52,356 nucleotides of DNA from a virus. Taxonomy: Duplodnaviria > Caudoviricetes. The notes below the pieces were generated by a model. The model was not told where the DNA came from. It saw only the letters and a list, made by a program, of their open reading frames with translations, and ran no database searches. The translations under genes and the position numbers were made by a program. The stretch lies in the IMG/VR virus record IMGVR_UViG_3300021959_000062, positions 1 to 52,356 of that record; one strand, given 5' to 3'. Numbering within the stretch: position 1 is the first letter of the stretch; every line of letters begins with the position of its first letter. Below are positions 19,902 to 31,900 of the stretch, piece by piece.

Positions 19902-19911
19902 AGTTATTTAT

Positions 19912-22900
19912 CTAGTAGGTATAAGTATATTCGTCGGTACCTGTTTCATCTGAAATCTTAATCTTAATCTGACTATATGTACTCCAATCAATTCCGTATT
20001 GAGGATCTAAATTAAAACTAATATTAAGTCTATCATTAACACTGTCGTATTCATCTATAAGAATATCTGGATTAATACTATTTCTTAAAAATCCACAATA
20101 ACTGTAATCATTAGTCCCAGCAGCTAGTTGAACATCTGGAGCATAATTAGCAATAGGTCTTTTGCCTCCTAAAGTACTAAATGTCAATGTATTACCTGTC
20201 TTGTTTACTGTTCCAGTAACAATACTTATAGGCTTATTGACATACAATGGATAATTTTGGAAATGTTTTTTGTAAGTAATTCCAACATGAGGATACGTAG
20301 CATTATCAAAAATAGGTTGACCAGAATTTTCTGCAGTGCATATCTTATAAACTAAATCTTCATTTTCTCTCACATTTGATCGACCTGTAATTTGAAAACC
20401 ATACTTACCTTCAGTAATGAATGTAGTATTATATGGCATAATTTTAATATTATCATTTATATTTAAATAAACGTCTACAAAATCTCCAGAGGCAAAACTA
20501 TCTGTCCAATCGCTTTCTTGATTACTATTTTCTAGTAAGAAATGAGTTGTCGAACCCGAAGCCACACTAATAACTCCTGCGTTATCTAAAGATGCTAGTT
20601 CTGTAGATACATAACTATTCTTATCTATACCTGCTAAATCACCACTTTGTATAGATAAATTATTGTGTCTAACAAGAATACCAGTAGTTGTTACTTCTTC
20701 TACTACACTCTTGAATGTGATATCACTTGTCAAATTATTTCTGGTAGTAGTACCTAAGTCTTTGGTATAAATTAAGCGACTAGAACTATTAAGATTACTA
20801 CTACCTACAACCAACTGGTGACTATCAAATAGATCTGAACCATTAAACAACTTAATAGATACGACATTGTCTTCTATAACTCCAGTTGTTTGAATTACAA
20901 TTTGATTAGTATCTCCTGCATAACTAGCGTTTACATTATTAATTGGAGAAGTCATTAAAGATTTTTGAATAACTCCAGATATCTTTGGTAAAAAGTCTTC
21001 CGTACTCCAAGTACCAGAAACACTAACTGTTCCAGAATGGTTGTAAGGTATTGCCTGTCCTATTCCAGCATCATCTGGAATATATCCACCGTAAGCTATA
21101 CCTATGATGGGATCCATTACTACTCCATTAGGATCTAAATCAGTTAAGCTATTAGTCACAGAAATACTATCAAAGCCAGCTGTGGTTATTGGAGGAAAAC
21201 TATTTTGTGTAGGTATTGTAGTTAAATTATCACCCTTGTGAACCCATATATATTCATTGTTGTCATCAGGCAATGCAGAGTGATCGTAGGTTGGAAAGTC
21301 ATCAGACTCATGTTCTATGAAAAGTTTGTAAATGGCACCAGAAGATGTTGTCAATGTTTCTGTGTCAAAACTATTACCACCACCAACACTTCCGCTTTGA
21401 ATAATAGTATTAGATGTTAAATTAGTTAAGCTATATTTTAAAGTACCGTTTCGTTCATTGTCCGGTATTAGTCTTTGTACCTCGTTATCACCAAAAGCTA
21501 ATCTTGTAGCAAGAGCGAACCTCGCACCATTAAACGAAAAGAAATAATCTTGTGCCGGAGGAGGGTCAACAATTTCTGCATGAATAGGCGGAACTATAAT
21601 TCCACTAATATATAAATTCCCTGTTTGCCAGCAATCAGACCAAGATGCTTTAGAAATGATATCTGTCTCACTATTTACTCTATCAAATTTTAAACCGCTG
21701 TATCGTATATTATTATTGGCAAAAGGAATTGTTCCTGTTATACTGGTCTTGAAACTAGGTACTAAAATTCCTCTAAGACCAAGTTCTGTACTACTTCCTC
21801 CATTAGATGTTAATTTTGTTCCAACTTTACCACCCCCAATTAAACATGTGCTTACATTACTAACAAGATTCCCCTCAAAGAAATCATTAAAATTAGATAA
21901 GTTAATATTTTTATGCTCACCCTTAATAACTTGGGCTGTTCCTGTAGTTTGTATTGTTAAGCTAAGACCAGCATCTATATATTTGCCTGTATCATTACTT
22001 TGAACTACATAAAATCCGTTTAGGTCATCATTATTTACGTCTGGTATTTTTAGATATATCTCATCATCAACAGACAAATCGTTAGCACTGTCATCATCTG
22101 CTGGTTCTATAATATAAACTTTTGTGTCTGCGCTTAAAGTACCAGAATACACAACATCTAAAACACCACATCTATTATGAGGTAATATACTATTGCAAAC
22201 AATTGTTTGCTCTATAGGTGGAGGTCTCCAATTGCTAGAAGATCCTTTAACTAAACCGCTTCCTCCTTCAGGAGATAGAATAGCATCTTCTGTTTTGAAG
22301 TAAACTGCTATTCCTACGTCGGGGTCATTTGGCACAGAGGTATCAACAAAAGTAAATGTTCGTTGAGCCTCTAAGCCTCTAGCGTCTTCGATTTTTAGTG
22401 TCAGTTCTTCAGAATAAGCTCCTCCGTTAGCAAATTCTGTTGGAACACCCTGTATTAATATATGTCCACTACCTATATTAGAATAAGGCTCTCTTGGAAA
22501 ATTTGTTTCTTCTGGAAAGTATATACTATAACTCAACCCAGATGGCAATGAACCACTTACAGAATAATTTCTAATTCCTGTAGGACCAATACAAAGAGGT
22601 GGAACTGTAGGTCCAAAATCATATTGTTTTTTGTATAAAACATTACCACAGAATGGTTTCATTACACCCATATTTTCATATAAAATACTGTTTACAATTT
22701 GTGGAGGGGTGCCAGTAAAGTTTCCTTCTATATAGTTATATCTATGATCAACACTATCTGTATCTGGCAAATATGGACTAGCAGGCAATAATCCTGTATT
22801 AGTATCTACGGCAAAGATATTTATATCTTTCAATCCTACTAAAGTACAAGAAGGCAATCCAGAGAAGTGATAACTCCATGATCCTCCTCTGTCATTTGGA

Positions 22901-25900
22901 TTCCATAAAGGAGGGGTAATAAGACATTGCATTTGAGTATCAATCAATGGATCAAAACCTGAACAAGCTGTTGGCATATCAGTTAATCTAATAGTAGGAG
23001 GATAATTAGCGTGAGCTAAACCACCTATAGTCTTAAATTGTAACTCCCATGCTTCCTCTCCTTGTCTTACCTCCTGTCCTGAACCATTAGGACCAGTATA
23101 TCCAACTATGCCGGTAATAGTCAAAGGTAATCCTTGCAGTTCATTGCTTTCTATTTCTATAGTATCAAACTTCGCAACTGCTATAATTTTATCTTTACCT
23201 ATGCCTTTACATTCAATAGCTAATTGACTACCGTTAGTATTTAATCTAACATCAAATTTATCTGTCATTTTGTTACCAATATAGGAATTTTGCCATAATT
23301 TTAAATCTCTATCATATTTTCTAACAGGGCTACTTAAGGAAATACTACCTTCTTTCAGACTGCTAGGAAAACTTATATCATTACTAGATTGCTCATTTAA
23401 ATCAATACTATCTACTTTAGTGAAAAATTCATTATTGGGAGTACCATAAACATCAGCAGAAATATTCTTCATTATCTTTTTGTCATTGTATTGTATAACA
23501 TAAGAATCGTTAGAGGTACTACTGGTTAAATCATCTTCTATATAAATATCAATTGGATATAATCCAGTATTATCGACATAATTTCCAAACATATCTTTAC
23601 TAGAAATAATTTGCACTTTCCATTTTCTTAATGTACTATCATATTCATAAGTTGTATCATACTCTATAGGATTACCTTGGTACAAACCTATATTTGGAGT
23701 ATTGAAAACTCTTGCATTTGGTCTGTTAACGGCATCATGCTCAGTAACTCCACTAGCAATATAAAAATCCATTGTCCAAGGATTATCTACTGTGAAGGGT
23801 ATTACACCTGGATTAATGATCTTTTCGAATTGAACAGGTTTGTAGAAAACGAGATTAAAACCAAAACTGTCTGTGTAAGTTTGGTAACTATGGGCACCAT
23901 ACTCGTCATAAACAGCTTGCTTTATAGAAATAGATACCGATTGATTAACGAACTTAGCAGAATTTTCGTAATAGTTGGTGTTTCCAGTATTCTGAGGAGT
24001 AGCTATAATCTCAAATCTTTTTGTGTTACTATTATATAAAGAAGAAGAGAGTATTAAATTATAATCACTATTAGTATTAAAAGTAATATTAAGATTATTA
24101 GTTACTTCCGTGGATACAGGACCTAATAAAGCAGGAATCTGAAACTTAATCTTGTCTTCATCTTCTATATTTAAATAATAAGTAGTTGATAAATTATTTA
24201 ATTGTAAATCATAAGTCGGCCTATCAGAAAGGTGAGGCACCACAACTATTGCTCCTGTGCCGGAAGCTAAGGTAGTATAAGGACTAGTAGTGATGTCTTT
24301 CAAAACTAATTGAGGATTAAAAGTTCCTGTAGTAGAACCCCCTCCACCAGAATAAACAACTGAATTAGCATCTGTATTCTTAATATTTACTTGACTAGGC
24401 TCTGGTGTGTCAGTAATATCAAAAGCAATTCTACCTTGAGTAAAGAGAGTATTTACATCTATATTTGATATATCAAAAGTCAACTCCCAATTATTAGTAC
24501 CAGCAACAACATAACCAGTATAGGCAGGACTGATTTCTGGAACTAAGTACTTAGAAATATTCAAAAGTTTATCTGTTGAACCAGTAAAATCTGATACTCG
24601 TATAGTCATATCTCTATTGCTAAAGTTTTCGGCAGGAGGTTGCCACTCAACGCCAATCGTCCAGCCATTGCCATGCCATCCATAATGCGCTGGTTCTTCC
24701 AATTCTGTTTTATAATAACCAATGCCTGACAATGCAACTCTAGGAGTAGAAAAAGTATCAGAATTAAATAAGTTTTGATCTCCTTGTAAAGTAATAATTT
24801 TAAATTTAACTTCTGTAATATTGCTGGGCACTGTTAACGATGTTCCAGTAAGTGTTGTAAAAACAGGATCTATTGCATCGAATGAGTATTGTATTCCTGA
24901 TATCTCAATTTTATTAGGATTTAACGATAAAAATTTAGTATCCGTATCATTTAATTCTATATCATATCCACTATAAGCTATTTGATCATTCTTCAAATGT
25001 ATAGTATGCTTCCATCTTTTAGAATCTCTGTCATAATAGTTAAATATTTTTTTGTCTTGCTGGTTAAGGTCTGACAATGAACCCTGAGATACGATAAAAT
25101 CATTATCTAGGTTAGGGTTAAGATTTGCTTTGATATTTTGATCACTATCAATAATATAAACTAAGCCTGATTTACCAACGTGGTTAGAATTGTAAGGAAC
25201 ATTAATAGATATAATATTTGGTTCGATCAGATCTTCTATGTAATAATCATCACTAATAGCAGCGAAGTCATCCTTAAAATCAAAATACATTTTCTTATTA
25301 ACACCAAATGGTCTGATACGACCTTTAACTCCATTAACGTCAATATTATTAGGCAGCTCTCCAAAAGTTCTTCTGTCTCGTATATCTGGTATGCCACTAA
25401 ATGCACTAATGTTATATGCTGAAATTCTAACGCACAAAGTTCCTGATTCACAAAGCTTGTCATTGTGCGAGACGGTATAGATACCTGTTTGTGGAGTACT
25501 TACAAGCTTACCATTAATATCTAATGGATAATTAGAAGTGGTGCCACCGTAAGTGTGGTAATGGATATTGTTATAATCATATAGATTAAACTGTCCGGAT
25601 GTCGATTTAATTAAACTTATATCTCCTCTATTATTCAGCAGCTCGTTGTGCGAAAAGCCAAGATTAAGATTAAATCTTTGAGCATTTTGGAACATTAAAG
25701 CATGTGGTACACCCGATGTTTTAGGAGGTATTGATCTGCTCCCTTGAATAGAAATACCACTAATTACAGAATTTTCATTAGTAGGATTAAACTTATGAAC
25801 AAATTTTGTAACACCTGTACTGCTAATCGCTGTGTCGTTCCATGATAATATTTCTAGTTCATCATCTTTAGATAGATATGTCTTACCACTATCAAACTGA

Positions 25901-28900
25901 TTAATCTTCAGTATATTTCCATTAAACCATAATTGTTTGTTTTTATCGTATGTAACACCACAATATTTATTGTTAGTTCTAATAATAGGCAAGACATGAT
26001 AATCGTGTTTTGCTAATGTAGAATATCCTGGATTTCTTTCTGGAATGTACTGAGGTAAATTCGTGGTACAGTCTATGCAATCGTTAGCGTCTAGAGTAGG
26101 TACTGGGGTATAAATTAAATCTGGTGGATTAGGATTAATGTAAGGTAAGTAATCTGTGCCAGTATTTAATATAGTTTCACTTTCTAAAATATATGGCTTA
26201 ATATTTACTGGGTTATCAACATTTGTTGTAAAGTTAAAATTAGCAGTTGTATTATTCTCAGTATTATCAATTTCAATACGTATAATATCAAAACGCTTAA
26301 GATTAGATATATTTACATTAATGTCCTGTATCCATTCACTATATCTAGGAGCTTGAGGTTCTGATACGATAAATCTATCTGTTATGTCAATTGCATTACT
26401 GCTAAAAGTATGAGTTGAGCTAGTAATCAAAGGATTTTGGGAGTCTGTCGTAGTTTTATATTGCACATGAGATTGACCTCTGTGTGTACTGAGAGCACCA
26501 CCAAAATTCATGTATCCAGCGTCCCATGTTTGTTGACCATCACCAACATAATATGTCCAACCATATCCGAAAGCACTTCCTGGACCACCAGCAATTGTTT
26601 CAATTCTTATTCCAGTAATATTTGCTGGAGTATTAAAATATGATGTTCGACCATTACTATGAAAATCTGTATCTACATAGATCTGATCATGGGGTACAGT
26701 GTAGTCTGAACGCTGATAAGCAACACTTGAAGAAAATGATGGAGGAGCTAGTCCACCGAGTTGATTTCTGTAATTTTGTGTTTGTGTCTCTAAAGTAATT
26801 TTATAAATTTTTAATTTGGGAGCAACACGATCAGTTGATCCTGAAGATAGATATCTGCCAGCAATTGTTAAATCATTAATGTTTTGACCGAGATACAAAA
26901 ATTCTAAATATTTAACACCACTAGTCTTATTTTCAAAATTATAACTATAAGGATTACTACTAGAACCAACACCTGTAAGATCTGATGGTTGTAAATTGGT
27001 TGTGCTGTCACTATCTGTTAAATAGTACTCTGAAAATCCTATATCGCTAGATGTAGTTTGTCTAAGCAGTCTAGTTCCACTATAAAAGAAATTGCTGCCT
27101 GTTGCAAAAACAGAGGATTTACCGATATGTTCATCTAGTATTAAAGTACTAATATTTGTAGATAAAACATTATTATTTTTAGGTATAACACCAGTAAAAC
27201 TAAAACCTGATACAAATGAGCTCATCTCGTAACCATTAATAAGACTACCAGAATGATTTAATAATAATCCAGACTGCAGTCGGTTGGGAAGATTATAGTC
27301 TATGAAGCAAGTACCATTTATGTCAAATTCAACATTGTCCAACATGCCCGTTATACGAACTTGTTCGAGTCCTGCATTTGGATCGACACTGGTAGAAGTC
27401 TCTAATAGAACTGAGTCTTTATTTGGTTCTAGATCTGTTAAGCTTGATGAAGTAAGGAAATTTTCTTTAGTAACTAAAGAGTGAAGGACATTATCACTGT
27501 AATTATAACCTTCAGGGAAAGTAATAATAAGCTCATCATACTCTTTCACTGTTCCAGATGGTAATATGAATGAAATTATCTTACTACTAATATCATATTC
27601 AAATGCTACAAAGTTTTTATTCAATATATTAGTATCATTATATCTAACATCATATATTCTGCTATCATTATGAAAGAAAGATCCACTAAATGCTATACCA
27701 TTTGTTATGTACTTGCCTTTAAGAGCTTGATCAAAATAATCTTGTCTGTTATCTTCTTTTAATAAATAATTTGCATCATCTCTGACAGTAATTTTATTAC
27801 CATTTATACTATCAATATCAAATACATAGTCTTTAGGTCGGTTTCCACTAACTGTAGTGACACCACTTAATGTAGTAATAGAGTTGGTAAATTCTATAGG
27901 CAGTCTATTAATTATAGTACTAGCTTCTTCTATATAATTATGTTTTTTATCAAAATTAGCCGTAAATGTACCATTCCCATTAATTCCAGAGTCTGGTAAG
28001 TAAAAATAGTTTTTTAGTTTAATAGAATCTGCATCAACAATTTCAATATCAGAATATTGCGTAGCTATTGGTAAATCAAGTGAATTATTATTAGACGCCA
28101 CTGTATGAAGATTCACGCTATTACTATATCTACTATCTAAATTTATATCTCTTAAAGTATTAATAGTGATTTCACCTGTACCAGCTTGTGTATAAAATTC
28201 TACAACACCGGTTGCATATTCTGCGTTATAATTATTTTCTTGAGAAGCAAATCCTTTTATTGCTGCGATACCTACATCGATAGGACAATCACCAGATTGA
28301 ATAGTATGAGTATATGTTTTTAATCCACTAATTCTATAGTTACTAGCTTGTGGAATAGTTTGATTATATCTAATAGTCTTAGTTGAATTACTTCCACTAT
28401 ATGTCTTATTAGTTTTAACAAAAAACTTATCATTTGTAAATGTAAATGGTATTAGTTTACCCCAATTGTAATAATAATTAAAGACACTATCGGACATATC
28501 TACAGCGTCAGGATAAGTAAGTACGATATCTCCTTTTCTGGATCCTGGGAATGATAAGCATGCGTCTCCTGATTTAGCAGCAATAGCGTAATCGTGAACT
28601 AAGAAATCACCATTTTCTTGCATTATATTATCAAATGTATTAAATTTAAGTTTACCGTTATCTTTGGTAACATGATAGCTTTGAAAAATTTCGTAAGTAT
28701 CATTTAATTCAATTCTAGTACCATGATGATTTTCATTATTTGACACAATATCATCTGAGTCTTCACTAGTAATCAAATTATTGTCTTCAGACAGCAATGT
28801 ACATAAGTCGCCAGAACCTATGCCATAGAGAGCTAGAACAGGATTTTGTACAGTATTTCTAAAATTAAATCTGTCACTACCATATTTGATATTTGATCGT

Positions 28901-31900
28901 TTAAGACCAGATTGAGGTGAAGGGTTGAAATTATCTAAATTGCCAGTTGTGTCAATTATAATAGAATAATCTCTTGATCTGCTAGTAAAAGACAATAAGT
29001 CATGAACTAACAAATTAGCATCCGGATATCCTGGATATCCACTAGCCCAAAAAATATTTTCGGTTAATTTACCCAAGCTTAATGTAAATAAAGGTTCTTC
29101 TGTTGTACTACCACTAGCTTCAGATCTAAAAAATTCATTTTCTTCTGTAAAAAGTGAAACATCTCTAATATTAGAATCTCTAGTTAAAATTTGATTACCT
29201 GCTTCAGTCAATATTTCTTCAGGAAATAATAAGTCTTTTTCTGTTGTCAAAACTTCTCTACCACCGACAAAAATTGAATAATCATTAAATGATTCAACAG
29301 TAAAAAAGCTACTTAGTTTATCAGTCGCTGAGTTAAAGATTTGCAAACCACTAAATACATGTTGACTATTATCTCTATAAGCATTTATAAGATGTAATCG
29401 ACCATCAATTAACCCTGGAGTACCAGAAATAGTAAATGGGGTGTAAGCAGCTTCTAATCTACAATCATCTGGTAAAGCACTATTTTCTAATAGCCCACTT
29501 ATAGGAATTTGAGATAAGTCTCCAGAAATTGTTGCGGTAGGGTGTTCATGAATAATAGGAGTAACTTCAAACAAGTCTTTACCATTAACTAAATTTGCTT
29601 TAAAATTATTTTGTGCTGTAGAAAATGTAAAATAAGGATCATAAGATCCTACTCCACTAATTTGACCTACAATAGTTCCACTAGGAGAATTTTCATTTAT
29701 GTTAGATGATAGTAATTGTATGTCAGTAATGTCTTTATGATTAGATCGTTCAGCATCAAAAATCTGCACTGCATTATCTGTTACAGTTAAAAAGAAATCA
29801 TTAAAGATACCACTAAAATTATTATTAGCAAACACTCTGATATTATAAATACCTAGATCATAACCAGATGGAGTGCCAGTAAAAACTCTAGTTGATGTAT
29901 TAAAAGACAACCAAGAAGGCAATGCGGAACCACTTTGTTGTATGGCATCAAATGTCAAAACACCTTCATTTTCTTCTTCGTTAAAAAGATCGGATGGTAC
30001 GGTATAAGAGAACGTTTCACTTATATCAATTGTTTGATCAGGAATAGAATAGTGCCTATATGGGGCTCTGGTGTCATTTACTGTAATTGTAAAGTTTTTT
30101 TCTTTTGATGTATTATTTAGTCTGTCCTGTGCTTTAATTCTTACAGAGTATATGTTTTTAGATTCGTAATTTAAAGGATCTTTAGCTTTCAGAAAAAATT
30201 GATCATTAATATTATCTACTTCAAAAATACTATTATCATCATCTTTATATCCTGTACATAATTCATAAGACAATGGGGTGTGAGGCAATACAATTTCGTT
30301 ATTTAATCCTGTACCATAGATATCCAAAGACATTATGCCATCATGTGTTTTACGTCGAGTATATATTCCCTTCGTCTTCTTAAATTTTGTAGAAGCTGAA
30401 TTAAAAGTACCAGATATATCATGTTTATGCGAAACAAATACAGATCCAGAATTAGAAGCAAGTGGTATTAATGTGACTTCAAGTCCAGAAGGATAAGATA
30501 ATTTTTTAGGTACTGGAATAGTATCTATAGATAATGAAGCCGATCCGTCGTAATCGTTTTCATTGTGTTTAATGCCGTTGCTAAATATTTGTACTCCTTC
30601 AGGACCAGTAGTATATATTTTTGTAGCAATATTCAACAAATCACTGACATATTCTAATCCAGCAGCTCCATCATCAACACCTACACTATCTAAGTTAATA
30701 ATTAATTTTGCATAATCTATTGTGGAACTACCCTCATAATATGACAAGAAACCAGTATACATTGGTCTCTCCACAAAGAAGGTGTTACTATCTATAACAC
30801 TATATGCTTTATATGCACGATCATCAAGACTGTAGCTACTATTGTGTTTAAAGGATAAGTCAACAAAAGAATTTGTCGTGACACCATGATTTTTAGATGT
30901 TATCTTAATACCTCTGTTTGTGTCATCAGTAAAAAATGTTCCTGAATACAAAGGTTCATGTATATCTAAAATTAAATTACCATCGTTAGTTTTCCTATAA
31001 GTACCACTTGCTGCTTTATGAATTTTAGTATATCTATAATTACTCTTTACATTTTGTGTAGTAATATCATTGTTTTGCAAAGGAGGTGCGTTTACCTTTA
31101 CATCTTGTAAAGTTCTTTGCTCATTAGTGTGGTCAAAAGTATGATAGTGATTTTTAATTTGTGAATTATTAAAAAGTTCATTTTTCTTGGGAATTTGCGG
31201 ATGAGTAGTTTTGTTGATAATCTCTACTATATTGTTAGAATTTCTAAAAGTTGCATTTTTGAAAACTCCACTTTCCAACTTAAAATGAGCAACACCTGTT
31301 CCGAACGCTTTAGTTACCAATACTTCTGCTTGATACGCTAAAGTCTTATTATTTGGAATTTGTATAGTAGGACTTAAACTAGTCCATGTGTCACCAACTT
31401 CTGTGCCTTGTAAATGCATATTAACAGAAGTATATTGTCCATGTTCTAATCTTAATCCACTCGCATCATTAACATTAAATGCTCCTACAGCAATTTGATT
31501 GGGTAAAGATGTAATACCATAATTACCCATCGATATAGAATTAAGTCCACCAGCTGTAGAATTATTTCCCAAAGCCACAGAATTATTAGTATTGACAGTA
31601 TGGCCTTGACCAACTGCTAAAGAATCATTGCTAGTAATAGTATTAGGGCCAATACTAATAGACCTATTAGCATTTAATAAATTACCAGTACCCATAGACA
31701 AATTATTAGGACTATCTACAACAATATCATTGTTAGAGTCCTGTTGTATTACAGTGCTATCTATACGTCCTGCAGGATCATTGACCGTGTCATTAAATTT
31801 AGATAAATAATTGTGAGTTCCTTGAATGTGATCAAAAGTTACATTATCATAAGAAAATGCTCCTGTCATTTGAGCAGCATCTCTGTAGTCTGTTCCATGT

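Noticed and set aside
18765-19914. Stop-codon reassignment as seen in some large phages
   Set aside because: TAG, TGA and TAA all end genes at sensible junctions, and very long ORFs are intact under the standard code.
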